DNA of 41,033 nt from Candidatus Poribacteria bacterium (GCA_024278235.1 JAJRTO010000046.1:1-41033), one strand, 5' to 3'. Counted from the stretch's first letter, positions 28,197 through 38,151 are shown. A program made the numbers and translations. Notes: a model not told the origin generated them from the sequence alone.

Positions 28197-29132
28197 ATGG
28201 CTAACTATGTCAGGATAAGTACCATCGGAGCAAGGGCGGCGTCGGGTAACCCGGGCACGGGACAGGCTGCTGTGGACAGGATGATCGCGTATTGGAAAGG
28301 CCGATTCTCCCAGGTCTTGCCCGACCGACCTGACCTTATCGTGGTTCCAGAGTGCTGTGATCGCTTCCCTGCACATTCCGCAGAGGAGTGTCCGATCTAC
28401 TATCGTAATCGCGGACATCAGATCGGCGATTATTTCGCCAGCGTCGCCAGGGAAAACCGCTGTTATGTCACCTATCCGGCCTTGCGCGAGATGCCTGATG
28501 GCACCTGGCGCAATTCTGTAGAACTGTTCGACCGAAAGGGCGAATCGATGGGTTTCTATAATAAGAACTTCCCGGTGATCACTGAGACGACAGGGAGCGG
28601 AGTCCTCGCCGGGCGAGAGGCCCCGCTGTTTGAATGTGATTTCGGACGTGTGGGCTGTGCTATCTGTTTCGACCTCAACTTCGACGGGATCCGGCAGAAA
28701 TATGTGGAATCAAAACCCGATGTGATCCTCTTCTCCTCTATGTACCACGGAGGACTGATGCAGGAATACTGGGCTTATTCCTGTCGGGCACACCTGGTAA
28801 CAGCGATATGTGGTTTGCCAAGCAGGATCATCTCTCCGGTTGGGGAACCCATTGTTTCCACGACCAATTACTTCGATTTCATTACTCACGCAGTGAACCT
28901 GGACTGCAAGGTAGCACATCTGGATTTCAACGGGGAAAAACTTAGGGCGATGAAGGATAAGTATGGACCGAACGTGTCGATTTTCGATCCGGGATACCTC
29001 GGCTCGGTGCTGATCTCCAGCGAGACCGATGACGTGACGAGCGACGAGCTGATCGCCGAGTTCGGAATTGAGTTGTTGGACGATTATATGGCACGCTCCA
29101 TCGCTCACAGTAATGATCCACAGATTTTCTAG
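28197..29132 (+). CDS. Carbon-nitrogen hydrolase (nitrilase superfamily)
   Basis: Glu-Lys-Cys triad: DLIVVPE, YNKNF, AICFDLNF. Confidence 0.9.
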   Translation: MANYVRISTIGARAASGNPGTGQAAVDRMIAYWKGRFSQVLPDRPDLIVVPECCDRFPAHSAEECPIYYRNRGHQIGDYFASVARENRCYVTYPALREMPDGTWRNSVELFDRKGESMGFYNKNFPVITETTGSGVLAGREAPLFECDFGRVGCAICFDLNFDGIRQKYVESKPDVILFSSMYHGGLMQEYWAYSCRAHLVTAICGLPSRIISPVGEPIVSTTNYFDFITHAVNLDCKVAHLDFNGEKLRAMKDKYGPNVSIFDPGYLGSVLISSETDDVTSDELIAEFGIELLDDYMARSIAHSNDPQIF

Positions 29133-29286
29133 TGTTGTGGAACAATCAAAACAAGACACATTGCAGGAGAAGACGCGAACTTGGCATGAGAATTGATAAC
29201 CCTTGAGTTGCTGCTCCTGGGAGTCGATAGGTTGGAACCTTGCAGGAGCATGAGGGGAAAACATCAAAACCTTCAGGAGGACACCT

Positions 29287-30303
29287 ATGAAAGTCGCAGC
29301 AATGTTTGGTGATGGCAAGGGAGGGCTGGTAGAGAAACCGGATCCTATTCCCAAAGAAGATTTTGTCGTTGTGAAGATCCACGCTGTGCCCATGTGTACG
29401 GAGTATAAGGGGTTCAAAGCGGGACATAAAGGCGACCATTTTGGACATGAGGCGGCAGGAGAAGTGGTCGAAGTAGCCCAACCAGGACAGGTCAAAGTCG
29501 GTGACCGGGTTGTCGTGCAACCCCAGTATTCATGTGGCCGATGCTGGCTGTGCCTGATCGGCGAGTTCATCCACTGTCAGAATATTCGTGATGCCCTTGC
29601 AATTACGGGGTCGAGTACCGGCACAGCCACCTATGCCCAATACCTACTCAAACAGGATTGGTTGCTTTCGCCAATCCCCGACGGCGTCAGCTATGAGCAT
29701 GCGGGTATGGCATGCTGTGGACTCGGACCAACTTTCGGTGCGATGCAGCAGATGCAGGTCAACGCACTCGATACGGTTCTCATCACCGGTTTAGGCCCTG
29801 TGGGATTGGGCGGGGTGATCAATGCACATTATCGCGGCGCACGTGTTATCGGGGTTGAGGGTCACCCTTACCGCGCGAATCTTGCCAGGGAACTCGGGGC
29901 TGATGTCGTGCTGGATCCGAAAGATGAGCATATTCTCGATCATATCCGGGATCTGACGAACGGCATGGGTGTCGATAAAGCGGTGGACTGTTCAGGGGCA
30001 TCCCGGGCGCATCGACTCATGGTGGATGCCGCTCGGCGGAAAGGTCAGGTGACCTTTATTGGGGAAGGAGGCGAGTTTCCTCTCGCGGTAAGCGGGGATA
30101 TGATCCGCAAAGGGCTGATCCTCAAGGGCAATTGGCATTACAATCTCGGGGATTATCCGAAGCTGATCAAGGTGATCCAGGAATCTGGCGAGCAACTCGA
30201 CAAATTTATCACACACACATTTCCGATGCGTCAAGTCCAGGAAGCATGGGAACTGCAAAGCACGGGTGAGTGTGGTAAGGTGGTTCTCGATCCCTGGGCA
30301 TAA
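29287..30303 (+). CDS. Zinc-binding medium-chain dehydrogenase (Tdh/sorbitol dehydrogenase-like)
   Basis: GHEAAGEVV, CGRCWLC...C structural Zn cluster, GLGPVGLG; AGGAGG RBS. Confidence 0.92.
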   Translation: MKVAAMFGDGKGGLVEKPDPIPKEDFVVVKIHAVPMCTEYKGFKAGHKGDHFGHEAAGEVVEVAQPGQVKVGDRVVVQPQYSCGRCWLCLIGEFIHCQNIRDALAITGSSTGTATYAQYLLKQDWLLSPIPDGVSYEHAGMACCGLGPTFGAMQQMQVNALDTVLITGLGPVGLGGVINAHYRGARVIGVEGHPYRANLARELGADVVLDPKDEHILDHIRDLTNGMGVDKAVDCSGASRAHRLMVDAARRKGQVTFIGEGGEFPLAVSGDMIRKGLILKGNWHYNLGDYPKLIKVIQESGEQLDKFITHTFPMRQVQEAWELQSTGECGKVVLDPWA

Positions 30304-30376
30304 GTAATACTCATTTCAGCGTAGGATGATAGCATGGCTCGATGATGGGTCGATGGATTTGTGGACAGAGGGATTC

Positions 30377-31453
30377 ATGCGGTATATTGGCTGCAAGAAC
30401 AATCTCCTACCTCATATAGAGGATGTGGTGCGTGGAGCGGGATGCCAGGCCGGAGTGTTTTGCGACATCTTTGCAGGGACTCATTCCGTGGCAGCGCATT
30501 TCAAGCGACTGGGCTTTCAGATTGTCTCCAATGACCTGCTCTTCCTTGCCTATATCTTCGGACGTGCCCTCATCAAGAATAACAGTAAGCCGACCTTTGC
30601 CAGACTCGCTGGGTCCCTGGCATCAGATAGGAAATCAGCCCTGTCTGAACCAGGAGATCCCTATCTGAAAACCCTGAATCACTTGAACCATCTTCGAGGT
30701 GTTCCGGATGGTTTTGTCTTCAATGCCTATTGCCCCAACGGGAACAATGAGTATAAACGACAGTACCTCTCTGACCAGAACGGGCAGAAAATCGATGCGG
30801 TGAGACAACGGATTGAGGAGTGGAGACAAGCTGAACTCATCACTGAGGATGAATACTATCTCCTGTTGCTTTCCCTCCTGAAAGCTGTCTCCAGAGTTGC
30901 CAACATCTCCGGAACCTATGGTGCATATCTAAAGGACTGGGATCCGCGAACCAGGAAGCCATTGATCCTGGAACCGATTTCGATCATCGCATCTGAGAAG
31001 GAACACCACGTCCACCAGCAAGATGCGAATGAGCTGATTGAGGAGATAAAATGCGCCGTTCTCTACATTGATCCGCCCTATAACACCCGCCAGTATATCA
31101 CCAACTATCATCTGTTAGAGACCATTGCCCGCTATGATCGGCCGGAGATCTATGGAAAGACCGGGCTGCGGCCATACACGGATGATGAAAAGTCATCCTA
31201 TTGTTCCAAAACAGTGTGCCTCGATGCGTTTACGGATCTGATCCAGAAGGCACAGGCAGAGCATATCGTGGTGAGTTATAGCAGCGAGGGGATCATGGCC
31301 GCTGATGAAATTCTTGACGTCCTTCAACAAAGAGGGGAGACCAAATTGATAGCTCCCATTGAATACCAGCGATTCAAAAGTCATTCCAATGGAGTTTCCA
31401 AAAACACAGTTCAGGAATATCTGTTCCATGTCCAAACCAAGCAAAAAAGATAG
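30377..31453 (+). CDS. D12-class N6-adenine DNA methyltransferase (alpha order), M.NlaIII/M.HpyI-like
   Basis: MRYIG.K, DIFAGT, SND, N.QKIDA.R, VANISGTYGAYLK, YIDPPYN.RQY..NYHLL, GKTGL, SYSSEG. Confidence 0.9.
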   Translation: MRYIGCKNNLLPHIEDVVRGAGCQAGVFCDIFAGTHSVAAHFKRLGFQIVSNDLLFLAYIFGRALIKNNSKPTFARLAGSLASDRKSALSEPGDPYLKTLNHLNHLRGVPDGFVFNAYCPNGNNEYKRQYLSDQNGQKIDAVRQRIEEWRQAELITEDEYYLLLLSLLKAVSRVANISGTYGAYLKDWDPRTRKPLILEPISIIASEKEHHVHQQDANELIEEIKCAVLYIDPPYNTRQYITNYHLLETIARYDRPEIYGKTGLRPYTDDEKSSYCSKTVCLDAFTDLIQKAQAEHIVVSYSSEGIMAADEILDVLQQRGETKLIAPIEYQRFKSHSNGVSKNTVQEYLFHVQTKQKR

Positions 31454-32396
31454 TCCAAAAGGGAAACACGATCCCCGCAATCAAGTCAATGATCTGACCG
31501 GCAGAGAGTGGGTCTATTTTCTGAACTCAATGGAGCTTGAAGGCGGTGAACCCAGGATCGTTACGGGTGAGAAGCTCAATGAGTTATCCGAAGAGGAATG
31601 GGCGAAGTTCCTGGCACCAGTCATCGACACGCTCTATCCGACTTCCGGCAAAGAAGCCTATGCGCATCATATCCGCAAGAAACATCCTTCACCAAAACCA
31701 CCTCAACTGATGAAGCGGCTGATCGAATTTTTCACCAAAAAAGGGGGTTGGGTACTCGATCCATTTGCCGGCGTCGGGGGCACGCTTCTGGCTTGTTCGA
31801 TGACCGGACGTTACGGGGTGGGCGTTGACTTGTCCGCAGAATATCTGGAACTCTATGAGCAGGTGTCCCGGGAGTTGAACCTTGAGCCGCAGAAGGTTTA
31901 TCAAGGAGATGCCAGGAGGTTGGGTGAGATTTTCCGGGGAGAGGATTACCTCTTCGACCTGATCCTGACGGATCCACCCTATGGGGATATGTTGTCCAGA
32001 AAACGGACCGGAGAACGCAAAAAGAAAACCGGCAGCGATGCCCCCACACCCTTCACAGATCACCGGGACGATCTGGGGAACATGTCACCGGAAGCGTTCT
32101 ACGGAGCATTGGAGGAAGTGATCACCGAATCGCTGAGGTTCCTGAAAGTCAAAGGATACGTCCTGATATTCTGCAAGGATATGCAGCCGACAGCCGAGCA
32201 CCATAACATGATCCACGCAGATGTGGTCAATCGGTTGATGCAGATACCGAATCTCCGCTTCAGAGGCTACAAAATCTGGTATGACAAGTCCTTGAACCTC
32301 TATCCTTTTGGCTACCCGTATGCCTATGTTTCCAATCAATTACATCAGTTTATCCTGATCTTTCGCAAGGAACCATCGGATCATCCAATGCCTTGA
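31428..32396 (+). CDS. N4-C/N6-A DNA methyltransferase with permuted motif order
   Basis: KHPSPKP..LM.RLI, then VLDPFAGVG (SAM binding), then LILTDPPY (catalytic); overlaps the upstream MTase by 26 nt. Confidence 0.85.
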   Translation: MSKPSKKDSPKGKHDPRNQVNDLTGREWVYFLNSMELEGGEPRIVTGEKLNELSEEEWAKFLAPVIDTLYPTSGKEAYAHHIRKKHPSPKPPQLMKRLIEFFTKKGGWVLDPFAGVGGTLLACSMTGRYGVGVDLSAEYLELYEQVSRELNLEPQKVYQGDARRLGEIFRGEDYLFDLILTDPPYGDMLSRKRTGERKKKTGSDAPTPFTDHRDDLGNMSPEAFYGALEEVITESLRFLKVKGYVLIFCKDMQPTAEHHNMIHADVVNRLMQIPNLRFRGYKIWYDKSLNLYPFGYPYAYVSNQLHQFILIFRKEPSDHPMP

Positions 32397-33471
32397 GCAC
32401 ATCTTCCACTGAGACTTCCCCGACACATCCCCCGTCGTGAAACTTGCAGCGGTCCGCCATACAGGGAGGGCAATCCGGCTTGTGACGCAAACACCGCACA
32501 TGAGGGCCGATGGGGCCAAAACGCCCCGGACTGCTCGGTCCGAAAATACCCACTGTTGGGATCCCAACGGCCGCCGCCAGATGCATTGGACCGCTGTCAT
32601 TGCCGATGAAACCAGTACAGTTCTTGAGAATCCCCAGCAGTTCCGTGAGGGTTGTCTGTCCCGCCAGGTTCCAGGAATCATGGTGCATTGCTACCTGAAT
32701 GCGGTCGATCAGATCCGATTCGCCTGATGCTCCCACGAACAGTACCTGCGCGTCATAACGGGCTATCAATGCGTCCGCAAGCTCAATGAAGCGGTCTGGT
32801 GGCCAGCACTTGAGCGCGACAGGGGAACCGGGATGGATCGCAAAAATCGGTCGCTTCAGGACGACTCCCCGCGACGATAAAAAGTTCCAGGCTGAGAAAA
32901 TCTGATCCGTCTGCACCGGCCAGTCAGGGACACAGTGAGGTTTGGGAATCGATGCAAGCACTTCGAGATTCCGATCCAGTTCATGTTCCGGGGCGTTCCG
33001 ATGGAAACCCCATGAAACGTTACGCGAAGCTCGATCCAGCCGGTAACGAGCACATCGTGTTGCCGCGGCCAGGAGTGTGAGCCAACTCCCACGCAAGTCC
33101 ACGATCAGCTCCTCATGGCGTGATCGCAGGGCTCGCAGAAGCATCCAACGCATCCTTAAAGGGGTGGAAGGCACGGAGCGTGCAAAGAAGGGGGCATTAT
33201 AACAGAGCACCTCGTCGATATGGGGATGGCTCTCCAGGAGTTCACGCATCCAGGTTCCGGCCATCATCGTGATGTGTGCTTCAGGAAATGCCGCGCGCAG
33301 ATTCGCCAATATCGGCAGTGAAAGCAGGACATCGCCGATGTGATCGAGTTTGATCAGCAGGATGGATTCAAGTTTATCAGGGAGCTGCTTTTTGGAGTAG
33401 AACAGGTGCTGTATCAGGGATGAGGCCAGGAAGAGGCAATATTCTGACAACGAACGTCGCCATAGCATCAT
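32350..33471 (-). CDS. Glycosyltransferase family 9 (LPS heptosyltransferase-like)
   Basis: ILLIKLDHIGDVLL, IHPGS...KCWP, LAGQTTL.EL, FIGNDSGPMHLAAAVG.PTVGIFGP; TAATG coupling to fusA. Confidence 0.92.
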   Translation of the reverse strand: MMLWRRSLSEYCLFLASSLIQHLFYSKKQLPDKLESILLIKLDHIGDVLLSLPILANLRAAFPEAHITMMAGTWMRELLESHPHIDEVLCYNAPFFARSVPSTPLRMRWMLLRALRSRHEELIVDLRGSWLTLLAAATRCARYRLDRASRNVSWGFHRNAPEHELDRNLEVLASIPKPHCVPDWPVQTDQIFSAWNFLSSRGVVLKRPIFAIHPGSPVALKCWPPDRFIELADALIARYDAQVLFVGASGESDLIDRIQVAMHHDSWNLAGQTTLTELLGILKNCTGFIGNDSGPMHLAAAVGIPTVGIFGPSSPGRFGPIGPHVRCLRHKPDCPPCMADRCKFHDGGCVGEVSVEDVLKALDDPMVPCERSG

Positions 33472-35549
33472 TACCACCAGCGTTGATTCAAGATCGTATC
33501 GAGCACACTGGAAGGGACTTGTGCATAGTGCGAGAATTCCATCGTGTACGTGGCCCTCCCCTGCGTCATGGAGCGGAGATTGGTTGAATACTTGAACATC
33601 TCCGCCAGTGGGGCTTCGACATCAATCACCTCGACGGCCGGCCGCGACTGAATATGCAGGATCTGGGCTCTCCGAGTGTTCATATCACCGACCACTTTGC
33701 CCACATGTTCGCCAGGAGTGATGATCTGGACGCGCATGATCGGTTCCAGGAGCGTAGGGTTCGCAGCTTTGGCGGCATTTTCAAAGGCAATCGAACCGGC
33801 GGCCTGAAATGCGTTCTCCGTGGAATCCGACTCATGGTATGAACCACCGATCAGGGTAGCTCGAATATCCTGCATCGGGTATCCTCCAACAACACCGGAG
33901 GTCATCGCTGCACGAATCCCTCGTTCGACGGCGGGGACAAAAACGGGGGGAACATCTGTTTCATCCGCTTCGCTGGTAAACTCAAATTCTGCATTGTGTC
34001 CGAGTGGCTCGAGGCGTAGCCGCACATGCCCGTAGAAACTCACTTCCTCCGTTTTGCGGATATATTTGCCTTCTCCCTCCGCGGCCGTCTGAATCGTCTC
34101 CTTATAGGCGACCTGGGGCCTGCTGATCCTCGCCGAGACCCCAAACTCGCGTAACATGCGCTCCGTGATGATTTCAAGATGCAGCTCTCCCATACCCGAG
34201 ATGATGCGTTGTCCTGTATCTTCATCGAAATGAACGACAAAGGTGGGATCCTCCTCGGCAAGAGCTGCGAGGGCTTCATCGAGTTTATCCTTCTCACTCT
34301 CGGAACGTGGTTCGGCTGCTATCGAGATCACAGGATCCGGAAATTCCATCGATTCGAGGATGATCGGATGATTGGGCGCGCTCAGCGTATCCCCTGTGGT
34401 AGCAGATTTAAGCCCCACCAACGCAACGATGTCTCCCGCATGCGCTTCGTTCAAGGTTTCGCGTTTATTGGCGTGCATCTGCAGGATGCGTGTGACACGT
34501 TCCCGCTGGTTCTTTGTCGCGTTGAGGACCACTTCACCGCGTTTGAGAACACCCGAATACACACGGGTAAAACAGAGCCTGTCCACATTGACATCGGAAG
34601 CTAACTTGAAGACGAGAGCGGAAAAAGGTGCACTTTCTTCAGCGGAGCGTGTGTCCACCACTTGTGTCTTGGGAACGATTCCTTCGATAGGTGGGATGTC
34701 AAGAGGGCTTGGCAGATAATGAACAATGGCATCCAGTAGAGGCTGGATGCCCTGGTTTTTGAGGGCTGTTCCACACAATACGGGGACGATCTGGTTTGCG
34801 AGAGTTCCTCGCCGCAATGCTTCCACAAGTTCCTCAGGGAGGATCACTTCCCCCTCAAGGTATTTCTCAAGTATTTCGTCATCTTCAGTGGCGATGGTTT
34901 CAAGGAGTTTTTCTCGATGTAATTCTGCGGATTCGGCCAGTTCTTCCGGTATATCCATCATATCGTAAGTTTGTCCCATATCCTCCGGATGCCAGCAGAT
35001 CGCTTTCATGGTGAGCAGATCGATCACACCACCGAAGTTTTCTTCAGTGCCAATGGGAATCTGAACAGCGGCCGGTTGGGCCCCAAGCCGCTCCTGCATC
35101 ATATCCAGAACGCGAAAGAAATTTGCTCCCACTCGATCCATTTTGTTCACAAAAGCGATTCTGGGAACGTGATAGCGATTCGCTTGATGCCACACTGTTT
35201 CCGATTGGGGTTCGACGCCGCCAACTGCACAGAACACGGCAATGGTTCCGTCGAGTACACGCAAGGACCGCTCGACCTCCGCGGTAAAATCCACATGGCC
35301 AGGAGTATCGATGATATTGATACAGTGATCGCGCCAGAAGCAAGTCGTCGCAGCCGATGTGATGGTAATTCCCCGTTCGCGCTCTTGTTCCATCCAGTCC
35401 ATCTCGGCAGTGCCATCATCCACCGCACCGATCTTGTGCTTACGACCCGTGTAAAACAGGATGCGCTCTGTTGTCGTCGTTTTACCTGCATCGATATGGG
35501 CCATGATGCCGATATTGCGCGTTTTTTCCAGAGGATGTTCCCTGGCCAT
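33471..35549 (-). CDS. fusA: Elongation factor G paralog (outside the str operon)
   Basis: [58 protein letters not shown]; GGGAGG RBS. Confidence 0.95.
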   Translation of the reverse strand: MAREHPLEKTRNIGIMAHIDAGKTTTTERILFYTGRKHKIGAVDDGTAEMDWMEQERERGITITSAATTCFWRDHCINIIDTPGHVDFTAEVERSLRVLDGTIAVFCAVGGVEPQSETVWHQANRYHVPRIAFVNKMDRVGANFFRVLDMMQERLGAQPAAVQIPIGTEENFGGVIDLLTMKAICWHPEDMGQTYDMMDIPEELAESAELHREKLLETIATEDDEILEKYLEGEVILPEELVEALRRGTLANQIVPVLCGTALKNQGIQPLLDAIVHYLPSPLDIPPIEGIVPKTQVVDTRSAEESAPFSALVFKLASDVNVDRLCFTRVYSGVLKRGEVVLNATKNQRERVTRILQMHANKRETLNEAHAGDIVALVGLKSATTGDTLSAPNHPIILESMEFPDPVISIAAEPRSESEKDKLDEALAALAEEDPTFVVHFDEDTGQRIISGMGELHLEIITERMLREFGVSARISRPQVAYKETIQTAAEGEGKYIRKTEEVSFYGHVRLRLEPLGHNAEFEFTSEADETDVPPVFVPAVERGIRAAMTSGVVGGYPMQDIRATLIGGSYHESDSTENAFQAAGSIAFENAAKAANPTLLEPIMRVQIITPGEHVGKVVGDMNTRRAQILHIQSRPAVEVIDVEAPLAEMFKYSTNLRSMTQGRATYTMEFSHYAQVPSSVLDTILNQRWW

Positions 35550-35567
35550 AAAACCTCCCTTGCTGAT

Positions 35568-36869
35568 TCACTGCCTCAGTAACTTCGCAATAAAGAAGCC
35601 GTCCATACCGTGACGGTGAGGCAGCGTCTGTATGAATTCACGGTCCGTCCGCAGTTCCGACGAGAGGCCGGGGGAAACCACCCGAAAGGCCGGGTGTTTC
35701 TCCAGAAAAGCATCCACGATCTGTTCGTTCTCTTCCGGCTCTGTCGTGCATGTGCTATAAACGAGCGTCCCCCCCGGTTTGACGTAGCCGGCAGAAGCCT
35801 CCAGAATCGCAAGCTGCAATCGTGCTAGTTTCTCTATCTGCGCTTCCTGGCGTTTCCAACGAATATCGGGGTGGCGTCTCAGAGTGCCGAATCCGGAGCA
35901 GGGGACATCTACCAACACCCTGTCTGCAACTGTGCGAAACTCCGGAACAGCCTTCTGCGCATCGGTGATCCGGGGATGGACGTTGGTGATACCCAGGCGA
36001 GAGCAGTTGGCATCGAGCATTTTGATCCGTGCTGGAGATTGATCGACAGCATGAATAACGCCCGTGTTGCGCATGCGTTGGGCGATATGAGTTGTCTTAC
36101 CTCCAGGGGCAGCACATACATCGACGATCGTTTCATCCGGTTGCGGATCAAGCACCTCTGTTACCAGCATCGCGGCCTCATCTTGAACAAAGAACCATCC
36201 TTGCTCAAAGGCTTCCAGCGTGAAAATGGGTGAAGATCGTGTGAGCTTGAGCCCTTCCCTGGTATATTGGAGCGGCTCCGATTCGCAATCGTGGGCATGC
36301 AAGGACGATCTCAAAGCCTCAGGGGTTGTGCGTAATGAGTTGATCCGGATTTCTAAAGGAGCTTTTTGATTGCTGGCTTCACAGAACCGTTGAGTCCATT
36401 CAAGGCCGTGCTCATCAAACCATCGTTTTATCAGCCACTCCGGATAGGAATAAACGATAGCACTGCACGCGACAGGATCCGAAGGATATTCAAACTCTGT
36501 CTGTTTTCGTTGGGCACTACGCAGAACGGCGTTCACGAAGCGTTTCTGACGCTTATGACACAGTTCGACGGTTTCATAGATGGCAGCATGCGCCGGGATC
36601 TTGTCCATCATCAGCAACTGATACAATCCCAATCGCAGGATGTACTGGATCCGTGTTTCTGGTGGCCGTTCCACCAATCGGGAGAGGATCCAATCCAAAC
36701 GTCCGCGCCAACGCAGAACCCCGTACACTATCTCCGTCAGCAGAGCCGCATCGACACTGGACGGGGTTTCTCGTCGAAGAGCCTTATTCACAACCGATGC
36801 AATGCTCTGTTGCTTGCGATCTAGCTCAAGTAAACAATCAAGGGCGATCTTCCGTATCTCCTGTGCCAT
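35568..36869 (-). CDS. rsmB: 16S rRNA m5C967 methyltransferase RsmB
   Basis: NusB-like N-terminus (EIVYGVLRW, FVNAVLR), YSYPEWL, VQDEA, DVCAAPGGKT, VDVPCSG.G, LVYSTCT. Confidence 0.95.
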   Translation of the reverse strand: MAQEIRKIALDCLLELDRKQQSIASVVNKALRRETPSSVDAALLTEIVYGVLRWRGRLDWILSRLVERPPETRIQYILRLGLYQLLMMDKIPAHAAIYETVELCHKRQKRFVNAVLRSAQRKQTEFEYPSDPVACSAIVYSYPEWLIKRWFDEHGLEWTQRFCEASNQKAPLEIRINSLRTTPEALRSSLHAHDCESEPLQYTREGLKLTRSSPIFTLEAFEQGWFFVQDEAAMLVTEVLDPQPDETIVDVCAAPGGKTTHIAQRMRNTGVIHAVDQSPARIKMLDANCSRLGITNVHPRITDAQKAVPEFRTVADRVLVDVPCSGFGTLRRHPDIRWKRQEAQIEKLARLQLAILEASAGYVKPGGTLVYSTCTTEPEENEQIVDAFLEKHPAFRVVSPGLSSELRTDREFIQTLPHRHGMDGFFIAKLLRQ

Positions 36870-36878
36870 TGCCGAAAC

Positions 36879-36907
36879 AGTATACTGTACATCCTGGGTT
36901 GCGTCAA
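36879..36907 (-). promoter_or_regulatory. Sigma70 promoter 9 nt from the rsmB start codon
   Basis: TTGACG-N17-TATACT-N9-ATG. Confidence 0.65.
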
Positions 36908-36977
36908 GGGAAATGCCGATTTCGCTCAACACGAATGAGCCGGTGTGATATAATGCCGAATGCAGTCTGGAATGATA

Positions 36978-37082
36978 GTAGGAGCAAAGCATTGCGATAA
37001 GAGAGCAATGCTACAGGAAGAATGCCTGAGATGGAACAGAGATCTCTGTTCCTCGTAACAAAGCAGGCAGTGCTTTGCCCTT
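36978..37082. repeat. Degenerate GTAG-headed inverted repeat element enclosing a perfect 20-bp palindrome
   Basis: GTAGGAGCAAAGCATTGC (36978-36995) vs GCAGTGCTTTGCCCTT (37067-37082); GGAACAGAGATCTCTGTTCC at 37033-37052. Confidence 0.55.
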
Positions 37083-37128
37083 GAATAGGAAGGGCATTTA
37101 TTTTCGAGCCTTAACATGGAGGATAACC

Positions 37129-38136
37129 ATGGCGAAATTGAATATCGGTCTTATCGGTTGTGGCAATATGGGGACAGGTCTCGCCAGAGCCTGTAATCAG
37201 CTTGAACGTGCGCAGATCGTGGCAGTGCACGATGTGCATGCGGAAGCGGGGACCAAGCTCTCACACGAACTGGATGTTCCGTGGTACGAGCAACTGGAAG
37301 GGATGCTTGCAGGGGAACATCTGGACGGTGTGATCGTGGCAGTGCCTGGTTTCCTTCATGCGGAGTCTACCGTTCGAGCCGCAGAGGCGGGCAAGCATGT
37401 TTTCTGTGAGAAACCGATGGCTGTGTCGCTGGAAGATTGCGATGCGATGATAGCCGCCTGTGAGACCCATCAGGTAAAACTGATGATCGGTCAGGTATGC
37501 CGTTATCACGCGATCCATTCAAAGGTGAAGGAGATGGTCGATGAAGGTGTGATCGGCGAACCTATCTGCATGGTTGTCCGGCGGTTGGGCGGTGGCTTCG
37601 GTGGCGCCTGGAAGAAGACATGGCGTAATGAACGGCGTTACTCGGGGGGGACGCTGATGGAAGTCAATGCTCACGAAATAGACTTCATGCGGTGGGTCTG
37701 TGGAGATGTCCGGAGTGTGCATGCCCAGGGCGGACATTACCTCGAAAAATCCACAGACTACGAAGATGTCGTATTGGCATCACTGAAATTCAAGAGCGGC
37801 GCGGTGGGGCTCCTGCATTCGTCAAACGCTTCGGCCATTGGCGGATACGGCGGTCGGTTAGATGCCACCGGTGGTTCGCTCTTCTTCCCTTCGATCTGGG
37901 GTGGCGACGCCGGCATCCACTGGGCGAGGTTTGGAGAAAAGCAGGAGTTCATCCCTGCATCCGATATCCAGGTCGAGAATCCGGTGCGAGTAGAACTCCG
38001 GGCATTTGTGGATGCCATCTTGCACGATAGTACCCCACCCGTGACAGGGCAGGATGGCCGAGCGGCTGTTGAGATTGCCCTGGCAGCTTATCGTTCTGTC
38101 GAAACAGATGAGACCGTCGAACTGCCGCTAAAATGA
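37129..38136 (+). CDS. Gfo/Idh/MocA family oxidoreductase
   Basis: IGLIGCGNMG, GKHVFCEKPMA, SGGTLME..AHEID; GGAGG RBS. Confidence 0.93.
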   Translation: MAKLNIGLIGCGNMGTGLARACNQLERAQIVAVHDVHAEAGTKLSHELDVPWYEQLEGMLAGEHLDGVIVAVPGFLHAESTVRAAEAGKHVFCEKPMAVSLEDCDAMIAACETHQVKLMIGQVCRYHAIHSKVKEMVDEGVIGEPICMVVRRLGGGFGGAWKKTWRNERRYSGGTLMEVNAHEIDFMRWVCGDVRSVHAQGGHYLEKSTDYEDVVLASLKFKSGAVGLLHSSNASAIGGYGGRLDATGGSLFFPSIWGGDAGIHWARFGEKQEFIPASDIQVENPVRVELRAFVDAILHDSTPPVTGQDGRAAVEIALAAYRSVETDETVELPLK

Positions 38137-38151
38137 CTTGAGGAGAAACTC

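Noticed and set aside
32350-32396. 47-nt convergent overlap of the MTase and GT9 3' ends as antisense regulation
   Set aside because: Short tail-to-tail overlaps are common; no further evidence.
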